This document shows, piece by piece, positions 38,810 through 47,724 of a DNA stretch of 64,000 nucleotides (the first letter of the stretch is position 1; each line of letters starts with the position of its first letter). Position numbers and translations under genes: made by a program. Below the pieces are notes generated by a model. The model searched no databases and was not told the DNA's origin. It was given only the letters and a program-made list of their open reading frames with translations. The stretch lies in the NCBI GenBank assembly GCA_965228475.1, contig OZ245817.1, forward strand, positions 3,552,001 to 3,616,000, written 5' to 3'. The DNA is from Myxococcota bacterium. GTDB taxonomy: Bacteria > Myxococcota_A > UBA9160 > JAFDDA01.

Positions 38810-39892
38810 CTACGTGAGCAGCCCCTTCTCTTCTTCGACCTGATTGGACACAAAAGCCAGGTGATGGCTGGTCCCAGCCTGTCGCCACTTGCTTCCGTTC
38901 CCTGGACCCTCTACCTCGACAGAGCAGTTGAAGAAATAGGCGTCGCCGTCGCTAAACGACCGTCCGGAGTACTCATCACGCACCACGAGCTTCCGACAGA
39001 GTTCGTGGAATTGGCCGTTTCCACGCCCTCGAGTGCCCTCTCCCTTGATTACAAGCCAGGCATGCTCGGTGGTGTACCGGATATTCGCGCTCATGTTCAT
39101 GACCGCCCGATCCACGTCAGGCGAGATCGGGTGAGCCACCCCGTAATCTGCATACCGAGGAGTTCGCACAGATCGGAGGCTACGCACGAGTGCTGTCCAC
39201 AGAGTCCACTCGAGACGCGGGATGAACTCCTCGGAGTTGCGTTCCACGTTGGTCAGGAACTCGGGGAACGACCCACCTGCGAACCAAAGCGACCGCCACC
39301 GATCCATCAACGGCAGAGACGAGAAGGTGTCAACGAGCAGTTGGAGATCGGACGCCTCATCTTCTTCTCGAAGGAACTTTAGATCGACAACCAGATCCAC
39401 CTCTTCCGGCGGAAGCTCCAAATGGTCGAGAAGAGCCTCGACACTATCTTTGACAGCGACATGCCCAAAGACATCTTCACGTTCAAGCCGAACAATCACA
39501 CCGCTCCCGGCGCGGCGGGCCTGTTGACTCGCGACACGGTTGTAGCTGTCGTCCCGGTTCAGTCCCGTCGATGGAATGACAATCGTGTCGTGATCCAGCG
39601 CCCACGAGAGAACGGTGTCGAGGGCGATAGCTCCGCTGTCAGCACCGTCGCCATCGAGGAACCCTCCGTCGACGCCACAGCCCTGAGCACTCCGTAGGGC
39701 GCCGCCGAGCCCCCTAACAAAACTCTCGACGTGGCCTTCGAGAGACTTCGCCGGGCGTTCCTCTTTGAAGTCCCAAGGAATCCGCGGAATCTCGAGGATC
39801 GGACGTTCGCCCTCTCGGAAGCCGCGGTCCCTCAGGGCCCAAAACTCTCCCTGCTTGCCCTTCAGGATCGGCATGTATGTCGGCACATTCAT
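38810..39892 (-). CDS. Beta-family protein (P4 beta-like, Beta_protein)
   Basis: YMPILKGKQGE..AL N-terminus; GGSFP, YADYGVAHP, ANIRYT, WRQAGTSHHL; lower GC. Confidence 0.75.
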   Translation of the reverse strand: MNVPTYMPILKGKQGEFWALRDRGFREGERPILEIPRIPWDFKEERPAKSLEGHVESFVRGLGGALRSAQGCGVDGGFLDGDGADSGAIALDTVLSWALDHDTIVIPSTGLNRDDSYNRVASQQARRAGSGVIVRLEREDVFGHVAVKDSVEALLDHLELPPEEVDLVVDLKFLREEDEASDLQLLVDTFSSLPLMDRWRSLWFAGGSFPEFLTNVERNSEEFIPRLEWTLWTALVRSLRSVRTPRYADYGVAHPISPDVDRAVMNMSANIRYTTEHAWLVIKGEGTRGRGNGQFHELCRKLVVRDEYSGRSFSDGDAYFFNCSVEVEGPGNGSKWRQAGTSHHLAFVSNQVEEEKGLLT

Positions 39893-41106
39893 CGCCCAAA
39901 GACCTCCGGGAAGTGGCGTCGGACCTCTCCCGACGGCACGAGCGAACCCAAGATTCTGTAGTCGTTCGCTTCAAAGCGGATTCGGCCGGCCACTACAGAG
40001 GGGTGAACCCCCAGGCTCCGAGCTAGATCGAGAACCGCAGGAACACTCCGGACCGAATAGGCGCGGCTGGCACGAAATGCTGGCGACGGAACTAGCGCCT
40101 CGCGGGCAACCAGGTCCGCCTCTTTCTCGACAGCTGACTCCTTCGTCGGAGACTCCATGTCATCGATGTATGGCGCGCCTACCTCCGGGTCAAGATGGAG
40201 AGCGATGTGGGCCAGCTCATGCAGCAAGCAGAACCAGAACGAGTCCACCCGATCATGGCGGATCGTCAAGGCGACGATCGGCTTGCCGTCCGCCGACAAC
40301 AGTGCTGCACCATCTAGGTGCGTTCCGGTGAGATGACGTTCGACAACGAGATGCACTCCCAGATCCCCAAGCGCCGCTACGGCACGGAGGGGGCCATCCT
40401 CAAAGACGCTGAGCTGGGCGATACGGCGGAAGCATGCTGAATCGATTCGGGTCCGATCGAACTCGGTTTCCAGTGGCGACTCGGCAGCGCGAATCCGGAC
40501 TCTCGTGCACCATGCGTCCAGAGCATAAAGGTTGATTGCCCTTGCGCTGCGGAGCGTCCTGGTACGCTTGAGTAGCGAGCCGTAGGCAGATCCATGCCCA
40601 AGGAGGGGCTCAGCGAACCGCTCCATCAATTCCTTGGCGTGCGATTTCATGATGCGCTTGGGTGCATCAAGCCAGCCGAGCTTGGCCATCTCCCTGAGCG
40701 GATACTTGGACCAGTCCGGCTCGGCCCCAGCCTGCACTTCGCTCGGTTCATCTCGAAGGAACACCGCCGCAGGAATCCCGAGCCCTCGGTGTAGCGCGCG
40801 CATCATCGTCAGCGTGAGCGGTCTCTTGTGATTCAGCACTTCAGAGACACGCGACCTACTGCCGATGAACGGAATCAGATCGCGCTGTTCAAGGCCCATC
40901 TGCTCCATCCGAAACTTGATCGCATCGACTGGTGTGGGCAGTTCCAGAGGGAAAGCTTTGCCCTCGTACTCTTCAACGAGCATCGAGAGCACTTCAAGCG
41001 ATTCGGAGTCCGGCGACCCAACCTCCGGACTTGTCCGCAACAAGCGATCGATCTCGGCCAGGGCGGCCGCGTGATCTGTTTCATTTCGGATCTTGGTCAG
41101 GCGCAT
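39889..41106 (-). CDS. higA: HigA-type HTH antitoxin fused to ImmA/IrrE (M78) zinc metallopeptidase
   Basis: PTPVDAIKFRMEQMGL..RDL..IGSRSRVSEVLN.KRPLTL; FWFCLLHELAH (HExxH) and EKEAD. Confidence 0.85.
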   Translation of the reverse strand: MRLTKIRNETDHAAALAEIDRLLRTSPEVGSPDSESLEVLSMLVEEYEGKAFPLELPTPVDAIKFRMEQMGLEQRDLIPFIGSRSRVSEVLNHKRPLTLTMMRALHRGLGIPAAVFLRDEPSEVQAGAEPDWSKYPLREMAKLGWLDAPKRIMKSHAKELMERFAEPLLGHGSAYGSLLKRTRTLRSARAINLYALDAWCTRVRIRAAESPLETEFDRTRIDSACFRRIAQLSVFEDGPLRAVAALGDLGVHLVVERHLTGTHLDGAALLSADGKPIVALTIRHDRVDSFWFCLLHELAHIALHLDPEVGAPYIDDMESPTKESAVEKEADLVAREALVPSPAFRASRAYSVRSVPAVLDLARSLGVHPSVVAGRIRFEANDYRILGSLVPSGEVRRHFPEVFGR

Positions 41107-41107
41107 A

Positions 41108-41392
41108 TCAGTCAAACTTCCAGCTGTCGTACTGTTCATGGGTTCCGACTCGGAGAACCAAGACAGTTCCCGGGTCGAAATGAATCCGAGTATCTAGGCG
41201 GTACTTGTTGCCACCGATGTTGAACACGTAGTGACCGCCGATGATGCTCATGTGGGGGTAGCGTGCCTTGACCGAGGCCGGACCAACCCAAGTGGCCTCT
41301 TTGACTTCAGCTACCCACGACGCGAGCGGCGAGCGAGCTCGCTCGTGCTTTCGAATGAACTTGGCCAAGAGATGTGTCCCGAGGACGCGCAC
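41108..41392 (-). CDS. higB: HigB family type II toxin (RelE-like mRNA interferase)
   Basis: W..EVKEATW..P..VKARYP, VFNIGGNKYRL, VGTHEQYD; GTG start at 41392. Confidence 0.9.
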   Translation of the reverse strand: MRVLGTHLLAKFIRKHERARSPLASWVAEVKEATWVGPASVKARYPHMSIIGGHYVFNIGGNKYRLDTRIHFDPGTVLVLRVGTHEQYDSWKFD

Positions 41393-41410
41393 CGCCAGGA
41401 TATACATTAG

Positions 41411-41449
41411 TCCCAAATTGGGATCAACTAAATCGATCCCAATCTGGAT
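41411..41449. promoter_or_regulatory. Putative HigA operator(s)
   Basis: Perfect TCCCAA-A-TTGGGA at 41411-41423 plus degenerate copy TCCCAATCTGGAT at 41437-41449, just upstream of higB. Confidence 0.6.
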
Positions 41450-41530
41450 AGCGAATAAAAGACGAAAGTCAAGAACGGCAGACCACCCGCGTTGGAGCGA
41501 CTTAGCAGGGGGATCGGTGGTCGCTTGCCC

Positions 41531-42775
41531 CTACGCCGCGCGACGCTCCGGCGTGTACTTCACCTTCATCTCGACACAGGACCGCACGAGGGCGCTCGGC
41601 CGCAGGACGGGGCCGTTCGTCGCGTAGGTCATGTCGGGGAAGCGGCGCAGCAGCTCCTCGAAGGCCACGCGCAGCTCCATGCGGGCGAGATTCGCGCCGA
41701 GGCAGAAGTGGTTGCCGAGGCCGAAGCCCACGTGCTGCGGATTGCGTTCGACGCGGAACTCGTTCGGCGCCTCGAACTGCTCGGGGTCGCGGTTGGCAGC
41801 CTTGTAGACCATCAGCACCTGCTGGCCCTTTTTAATCTGTTTGCCGCGAAGCTCCGTATCGGCCGTCGCCGTGCGCGAGAAGCTGTTCACCGGCGCGACG
41901 TAGCGCACGACCTCCTCGCAAGCGCTCGTCATGAGCGACGGGTTCTCGATCAGCTTGCGGCGCTCCTCCGGGTTCTCGATCAGGGCCTGCATGCCGCCGG
42001 CCAGGGCGTTCCGCGTCGTCTCGTTGCCGGCGACCATCAGGATCACCGAGAGCATGACGAGCTCGTTGGTGGCGTTCGCGAGATGCTCGTCGGTGTCGAG
42101 GCCCCCGACGCTCTGCTTGCCGAGATCGAAGCGCCCGAGCACGCCCTCGTCGTCGGCATTCACGAGGATGCTGATCAGGTCGTCCTTCGGTTCGGCGCGG
42201 CGGGCCTCGGCGATCTCCTTCACGAGCGTCGAGTACGCGAGGAAGGCGGCGCCGGACTTCGCCATGATCTCTGGCTTGTCCTGGTTCCCGTCGCCCGCGA
42301 TCATCGCGTCGCTCCACTGGTGGAACTCCTTCTGCTTCTCGCGGGGAATCCCGATCATCTCGGCGATCAGCAGGATCGGCAGGGGCGCGGCGACGTCGTC
42401 GACGAACTCGCACTCGCTCTGGCCGGCGATGGCGTCGAGCGTCTCCTTGGTGATGGCGCGGAACTTCTCTTCCCAGAGCTTCACCATGCGCGGCGTGAAG
42501 CCCTTGTTGATCAGGCGGCGCAGGTTCGTGTGGCGCGGCTCCGCTTCGTCGATCAGCCCGATCTTCGGCGCGTCCTTCCCGGGGCGGACGCCGAAGCCCG
42601 AGGTGAAGAGATCCTGGTTCTTCGAGACGGCGACGACGTCGGCGTACTTCGTGAGGATCCAGCACTGGGTCTTCTCGGCCCAGTAGACGGGCTCGTTCTG
42701 CTGCAGCCAGCGCAGGCGTTCGGGCATCTTTCCGTCCCAGACGAGGGAGTCCGCGTAGTCGACGTTCGGGTCCAT
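41531..42775 (-). CDS. Cytochrome P450, CYP125/CYP142-like
   Basis: AGNETTRN, EEVVR, HVGFGLGNHFCLGANLARMEL. Confidence 0.9.
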   Translation of the reverse strand: MDPNVDYADSLVWDGKMPERLRWLQQNEPVYWAEKTQCWILTKYADVVAVSKNQDLFTSGFGVRPGKDAPKIGLIDEAEPRHTNLRRLINKGFTPRMVKLWEEKFRAITKETLDAIAGQSECEFVDDVAAPLPILLIAEMIGIPREKQKEFHQWSDAMIAGDGNQDKPEIMAKSGAAFLAYSTLVKEIAEARRAEPKDDLISILVNADDEGVLGRFDLGKQSVGGLDTDEHLANATNELVMLSVILMVAGNETTRNALAGGMQALIENPEERRKLIENPSLMTSACEEVVRYVAPVNSFSRTATADTELRGKQIKKGQQVLMVYKAANRDPEQFEAPNEFRVERNPQHVGFGLGNHFCLGANLARMELRVAFEELLRRFPDMTYATNGPVLRPSALVRSCVEMKVKYTPERRAA

Positions 42776-42777
42776 CT

Positions 42778-43452
42778 TCAACCTTGGCCTTTCGACGGGG
42801 CACCGCCCGGCAAGAGCCGGCCGACGACCTCCTGGAGGAATTGGGTCTGACGAGCCAGGGCCTCGGACGAGGTGAGATCCTCGCCGGAGAGTTCCTGGTA
42901 GAACGGCGCGATCGTGAAGTAGCCGAGCACGACGTGGTACATGGCGAGCACGAGCAGCGGGACCTGTTCCTCGGGCCAGGGCGCGCTGCCCGGGTCCGCC
43001 GCCACCATCTCGGCGGCGCGGTCGAGGGCGGTGGCGATCCAATCGCGCAGGGCCGGCGTGAGGCGCGTGCCGCCGGTGAGCGTCTCGAACTGCACGAGGC
43101 GCAGGAGGTTCGGGCGCGAGCCGAGGAGCTCGATCACCTGCTCGAGAAACTCCCGGTGCCCGGCCTCGTCCGAACGCACGCCGACGAAGCCGGCGAGCAG
43201 CTCGACCACGGGCCGGATGCCGCGCTCGAGGACGGCGGCGTAGAGCTCGTCCTTGCTCTCGAAGTGGTTGTAGAGGCTCGGCGTGCGGATGCCGACGGCT
43301 TCGGCGACGTCGCGCATGGTCGTGCCGGCAAAGCCGCGCTCGGCGAAGAGCGCCTCGGCGGCGTCGAGGATGCGCTCGGCGGTGCGCTCGCCGCGGGCGG
43401 TCCGCAGGGAGGGCTTCAGCGGCGTGACGTTGCTGGCGGCGGGGTTGGGCAA
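42778..43452 (-). CDS. TetR/AcrR family transcriptional regulator
   Basis: RILDAAEALFAERGFAGTTMRDVAEAVGIRTPSLYNHFESKDEL. Confidence 0.9.
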   Translation of the reverse strand: MPNPAASNVTPLKPSLRTARGERTAERILDAAEALFAERGFAGTTMRDVAEAVGIRTPSLYNHFESKDELYAAVLERGIRPVVELLAGFVGVRSDEAGHREFLEQVIELLGSRPNLLRLVQFETLTGGTRLTPALRDWIATALDRAAEMVAADPGSAPWPEEQVPLLVLAMYHVVLGYFTIAPFYQELSGEDLTSSEALARQTQFLQEVVGRLLPGGAPSKGQG

Positions 43453-43463
43453 GGCGGCTCCGA

Positions 43464-43485
43464 GAAACTAACGAGCGCTAGTTTC
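43464..43485. promoter_or_regulatory. Putative TetR autoregulatory operator
   Basis: GAAACTAACG-AG-CGCTAGTTTC, 22-bp palindrome with one mismatch, 11 nt upstream of the tetR start; minus-strand TTGACT -35 at 43503-43508. Confidence 0.7.
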
Positions 43486-43546
43486 GACCGAACGGCGCGG
43501 GGAGTCAATCCTTTCTTTGTGCAAGTTTCGTAAAGAAGACGGATGG

Positions 43547-43975
43547 TTACAGTCGGCGCCAGCGGACCAGGGCCAGGTCGGGGGCGACCGTCTCGAAGAC
43601 CGCCTCGACCGGGGCCCCGATCTCGACCGGGCCCTCCCCCGCCCGCTCGATCCCGCCTCCGGGCGCCGCCAGGTTCCCGATCAGCCGGACCGCCGGCTCC
43701 TCGTCGAGCGCCACGGCCACCACCACGTAGGGTGCGAGCTCGGCGTATGCGGGCAGCAGCGGCGGGTGCGGCACCACGGAGGACCAGATCGTCCCGCGCC
43801 CGGAGACGGTCTTCCAACCGTGCTCGCGGTGCGGCGCGAAGGGGCTCGCCGCGCGCGGCGGAAAGAACAGCCGGCCCGTCTCCGGACAGCACGGGATGCG
43901 AAGCTCGCCCGCGAGCGCACCCTCGAAGAACGGGCGCGCGAGGTCGTCGACCGGCGGCAGCAGGAGCTCGCTCAT
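43547..43975 (-). CDS. DUF35 / OB-fold protein (ChsH2-C-like)
   Basis: PFFEGALAGELRI, FFPPR, SGRGTIWS, PYVVVAVALDE, IGAPVEAVFE. Confidence 0.85.
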   Translation of the reverse strand: MSELLLPPVDDLARPFFEGALAGELRIPCCPETGRLFFPPRAASPFAPHREHGWKTVSGRGTIWSSVVPHPPLLPAYAELAPYVVVAVALDEEPAVRLIGNLAAPGGGIERAGEGPVEIGAPVEAVFETVAPDLALVRWRRL

Positions 43976-44010
43976 GCCGACCTCGAGATGAGTTCGCTCA
44001 TGCGGACCTC
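43964..44010. repeat. Imperfect tandem duplication (21-bp unit, 26-bp period) creating a 9-aa mini-ORF at 43972..44001 (-)
   Basis: GAGCTCGCTCATGCCGACCTC vs GAGTTCGCTCATGCGGACCTC (19/21 identical). Confidence 0.75.
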
Positions 44011-45158
44011 AGGAGGAGCGCGCTCGTCGGGACGCCCTCCCCTCCCGTCACCAGACACGTCTGCGCACCCTCGACCTGGCTGCACGACTCGCCGCGCATC
44101 TGGCGCACGCCCTCGTTGATGAGGTTGAAGCCGTGGACGTAGGCCTCGGAGAGCCCGCCCCCGGAAGTGTTCACGGGCAGGCGTCCGCCGAGGGCGATGC
44201 CGCCGTCCTCGGTGAAGGCCGCCCCCTCGCCGCGGCCGCAGAAGCCATAGCCCTCGAGCGAGAGCAGGACGAGCGGGCTGAAGGCGTCGTAGAGCTGGGC
44301 CGTCGCGACCGCCTCCGGGCCGAAGTCCGACTGGCGGTAGAGCGCCTCGGCGCAGGCCCAGGCCGGGCCGCGCAGCGGGTCCTCGCACCAGTAGTTCACC
44401 ATCGTCTGGTGCTGGCGCGGGAGACCCTGGGCGAAGGCGTGGACGTAGACCGGGGGCTTGCGCAGGTCGCGCGCGCGTTCAGCCGAGACCACCACACAGG
44501 CGAGCGCTCCGTCGCTCTCGAGGCAGTTGTCGAAGAGGCCAAGCGGCTCGGAGATCCAGCGCGCCGCATGGTACTGCTCGCGCGAGAGCGTCTTTCCGTG
44601 CATCACGGCCCGCGGGTTGCGGTTGGCGTGGCCGCGCACGGCGAGCGCCACGTTCGCCAGGTGGTCCCGCGTGGCGCCGAACTCGTGCAGATAGCGCCGC
44701 GTCAGCAGCGCGATCTCGTCGACCGGACGCAGCAGGCCGTGCGGACGGGTGAACTGGGAGGCGGGCGTCGGCGGCGGGGGCCCGGCGGCCGCCCAGGGCC
44801 GCTGCCCCGAGCCCCGCTTGCGCGAACGCCAGGCAACCCCGACCCGGCACTGGCCGCTCGCGACCGCCATCGCGAGGTGCCCGACCGTCGCGGGCCCGGC
44901 GCCTCCGCCGTAGCCGACCTGGCTGAAGAACGTCACGTCCCCCACGCCGAGGGCGGCGGCGATCGCGACTTCGTCGCTGGTCTCCATCGTGTAGGAGGCG
45001 AGGCCGTCGACCTCGGCGGGCGCGATGCCGGCGTCGTCGAGGGCGGCGAGGATCGCGTCGAGCGCGAGGCGCGTCTCGGACGGTTCGAGGCGCTTCGCGA
45101 AGGGGGTCTCCCCGATCCCGGCGATGACCGCGGCGTCCTTCAGCACGGCCGCCATCAT
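43998..45158 (-). CDS. Ltp2-like lipid-transfer/thiolase-fold aldolase
   Basis: IAGIGET, YGGGAG, DNCLESDG, QLYDAFSP, NTSGGGLSEAYVHG. Confidence 0.85.
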   Translation of the reverse strand: MMAAVLKDAAVIAGIGETPFAKRLEPSETRLALDAILAALDDAGIAPAEVDGLASYTMETSDEVAIAAALGVGDVTFFSQVGYGGGAGPATVGHLAMAVASGQCRVGVAWRSRKRGSGQRPWAAAGPPPPTPASQFTRPHGLLRPVDEIALLTRRYLHEFGATRDHLANVALAVRGHANRNPRAVMHGKTLSREQYHAARWISEPLGLFDNCLESDGALACVVVSAERARDLRKPPVYVHAFAQGLPRQHQTMVNYWCEDPLRGPAWACAEALYRQSDFGPEAVATAQLYDAFSPLVLLSLEGYGFCGRGEGAAFTEDGGIALGGRLPVNTSGGGLSEAYVHGFNLINEGVRQMRGESCSQVEGAQTCLVTGGEGVPTSALLLRSA

Positions 45159-45173
45159 AGAGCCGGCCCGAAG

Positions 45174-45187
45174 TGGAACACGTTTCA
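45174..45187. promoter_or_regulatory. KstR-type operator box
   Basis: TGGAACACGTTTCA fits TnnAACnnGTTnnA; lies between divergent ltp2-like and nitronate monooxygenase-like genes. Confidence 0.6.
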
Positions 45188-45265
45188 ATTTTGGGAATTC
45201 CGTTGTAGTCTGGCGGGCATCGGCCCCGGCCCCGGAGCGGGCTCGGCAGGCCGCGGAGACGCCCC

Positions 45266-46384
45266 ATGCGCACGGAACTCTGCGAGAAGCTCGGCCTCGA
45301 ATTCCCGATCTTCGCCTTCACCCACTGCCGCGACGTGGTCGCCGCGGTCTCGAACGCCGGCGGCATCGGCGTGCTCGGCGCCGTCGGTTTCACGCCGGAG
45401 CAGCTCGCCATCGAGCTCGACTGGATCGACGACCACACGGACAAGCCCTACGGCGTCGACATCGTGATCCCGGGGAAGTACGAGGGCCAGGGCGAACAGC
45501 TCGACGCCGAAGAGCTCGAGGCGAAGCTCAGCGCGATGATTCCCGACGAGCACCGCGAGTTCGCGTCGAAACTCCTGGCCGACCACGACGTCCCCGAGCT
45601 GCCCGAAGGCGAGAAGGCGCGCGAGCTGCTCGGCTGGACCGCCGTCACCGCCGGGCCGCAGGTCGAGCTCGCCCTGAAGCACGACAAGGTCAAGCTCATC
45701 GCGAACGCCCTCGGCACGCCGCCGGCCGAGGTCGTGAAGGAGATCCAGGCCGCCGGCCGGCTGGTCGGCGCACTCTGCGGCAGCCCGAAGCACGCCATCA
45801 CCCACAAGCAGGCAGGCCTCGACTTCATCATCGCCCAGGGCACCGAAGGCGGCGGCCACACGGGCGAGATCGGCAGCATGGTGCTCTGGCCGCAGGTGAT
45901 CGAGGCGGTGAAGCCCGTGCCGGTGCTCGCCGCGGGCGGCATCGGGAACGGCCGGCAGATGGCCGCGGCCCTCGCCATGGGATGCCAGGGCGTGTGGACC
46001 GGCTCCCTCTGGCTGACGGTGGAGGAAGCCGAGGCGTCGCCGGAGCAGAAGCAGTCCTACCTCGACGCCACGAGCCACGACGCCGTCATCTCGCGCTCCT
46101 GGACCGGCAAGACCTGCCGCATGCTGCGCAACGACTGGACCGAGGCCTGGGGGCGCGAGGACACGCCCGACCCGCTCGGCATGCCGCTGCAGTTCATGGT
46201 CACCGCCGACGCCGTCTCGCGCGTCCACCGCTACCCGGGCAAGTCCCAGCAGGTCGCGTTCAACCCGGTCGGCCAGGTCGTCGGGACCATGAACGACGTC
46301 GAGCCCGTGCGCGACGTGATCCAGCGCATGGTCGAAGAGTACGTCGACGCCGTCGATCAGCTGAACGCGCTGCTCCCGGAGTAG
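45266..46384 (+). CDS. Nitronate monooxygenase/2-nitropropane dioxygenase family flavoprotein
   Basis: FAFTHCRDVVAAVSNAGGIGVLG, AQGTEGGGHTG, LAAGGIG. Confidence 0.85.
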   Translation: MRTELCEKLGLEFPIFAFTHCRDVVAAVSNAGGIGVLGAVGFTPEQLAIELDWIDDHTDKPYGVDIVIPGKYEGQGEQLDAEELEAKLSAMIPDEHREFASKLLADHDVPELPEGEKARELLGWTAVTAGPQVELALKHDKVKLIANALGTPPAEVVKEIQAAGRLVGALCGSPKHAITHKQAGLDFIIAQGTEGGGHTGEIGSMVLWPQVIEAVKPVPVLAAGGIGNGRQMAAALAMGCQGVWTGSLWLTVEEAEASPEQKQSYLDATSHDAVISRSWTGKTCRMLRNDWTEAWGREDTPDPLGMPLQFMVTADAVSRVHRYPGKSQQVAFNPVGQVVGTMNDVEPVRDVIQRMVEEYVDAVDQLNALLPE

Positions 46385-46492
46385 GGTCCACCAGACGGCA
46401 CCTCCAGGGCAGGTCCCGAGAACCGCCGACCCCCAGCGGTGTAGCTCGGGTATGGTGAACGTGCCCGGGCCACCGCGGGCTGGAGGTCCCCC

Positions 46493-47071
46493 ATGCCGTC
46501 CGATCGCTCGCCTTCCGCTGTCTCTCTGGTACTCGCCATCCTTCTCGTTCCCCTCGCCCTGCTTGCCACGGGCGCCCAGCGCGGCGCTCGCCCGGGAGCC
46601 GACGCGGCGGTCCAGGACCAGGTGCGCCACCTCGAAGCCCAGGTGCGGTCTCTCGGGAACGAGCTCGCCCAGCTGAAGAAGCTGGTGAAACAGTCGGACG
46701 TGAACGTGGCCCTCCTCCCGGACGACCAGCAGTTCGAGATCAAGGTCCGAGAAGTCATGAAGGTCGAGATCAAGAAACTCGGCATCCACGACGCCCTGTT
46801 CCAAAACCACGACGATCGGATCCGCACCAACAAGGACAAGATCGCCGCGCTGGGCGGCTCTGCATCCGCCGCGAGTGGCGACCTCGAGGCTCGGATCGAC
46901 GCCGTCGAGGCCATGGCCACGAAGACGAAGGCCGACCTGAAGAACCTGATCGACCTCCCGGGCAGCGGAGGCACGATGAAGGTCAAGATCAAGCAGCTCT
47001 TCAACGCGTACCAGAACGAGACGCTCGACTCCTACGGAGGGGGCTACTGCTTCCGGGCGCGCAGCTGCTGA
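46493..47071 (+). CDS. Hypothetical exported coiled-coil protein
   Basis: GGAGG SD; hydrophobic N-terminus; heptad-rich body; host-like codon usage. Confidence 0.65.
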   Translation: MPSDRSPSAVSLVLAILLVPLALLATGAQRGARPGADAAVQDQVRHLEAQVRSLGNELAQLKKLVKQSDVNVALLPDDQQFEIKVREVMKVEIKKLGIHDALFQNHDDRIRTNKDKIAALGGSASAASGDLEARIDAVEAMATKTKADLKNLIDLPGSGGTMKVKIKQLFNAYQNETLDSYGGGYCFRARSC

Positions 47072-47108
47072 CGGATCCCGCCCGTGCTGGGCGGGAAGGA
47101 GGAACGAC

Positions 47109-47675
47109 GTGCGAATTGAAGCCACGCTTCGGATCCTGTTGACCGCGCTGCTGATGCTCGCTCCGTTGCAGGTCACCGCCGCATCCCACTCGGAAGCGCC
47201 CCGCATCACGGCGGTGCGCTCGGAGCTCGCGACCCGCCGCGTCGAGCTTTCGGCCCGCCGCGCGGAGCTGGCGGTGCACCTCGGCCACGCGGAGGCCAGC
47301 GATGCCGAGCGCGCAGAGATCGCCGCGGCCCAGGCGGCGGCCGACGAGCTGCTTCGGATGCTTCAGCAGGGCCGGCTGGACCGGGCACGTGCCGAGACGC
47401 TTCATGCCCAGGTCGCCGCGGCCGCGTTGGCCACCGCGGCGATTCCGTACGTGGGCCCGGTGATCGCGGCAATCCAGGCGGTGGTCGCCGCGATCGTCCG
47501 GTTGATCGCGGAGCTCGAGGCCAAGGCGCTCGAGCAGAAGGCCGCCGAGAAGGAGCAGGAGGCGGAGGACAAGGAGATAGGCGCCCGCGACCGGCCCGAG
47601 GCCCGAGCCGCCGAAACGCAGGACACGGGAGGGACGCGCCCTCTACCTGCCGCGCGAAAGATCCCGAAGCCCTGA
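47109..47675 (+). CDS. Hypothetical secreted helical protein
   Basis: AGGAGG SD; signal peptide; internal hydrophobic segment AAIPYVGPVIAAIQAVVAAIV. Confidence 0.6.
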   Translation: MRIEATLRILLTALLMLAPLQVTAASHSEAPRITAVRSELATRRVELSARRAELAVHLGHAEASDAERAEIAAAQAAADELLRMLQQGRLDRARAETLHAQVAAAALATAAIPYVGPVIAAIQAVVAAIVRLIAELEAKALEQKAAEKEQEAEDKEIGARDRPEARAAETQDTGGTRPLPAARKIPKP

Positions 47676-47724
47676 CCTCATCCGCACCCTGCTCCCCGAG
47701 TGGAGCTGTCCTACGCTCCGCGGC

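Noticed and set aside
38800..41540. Attachment sites or target duplication around the low-GC cassette (CCTACG near both ends)
   Set aside because: The 6-mer is explained by minus-strand TAG stop codons; no integrase, transposase or tRNA seen, so it is not called a mobile element.
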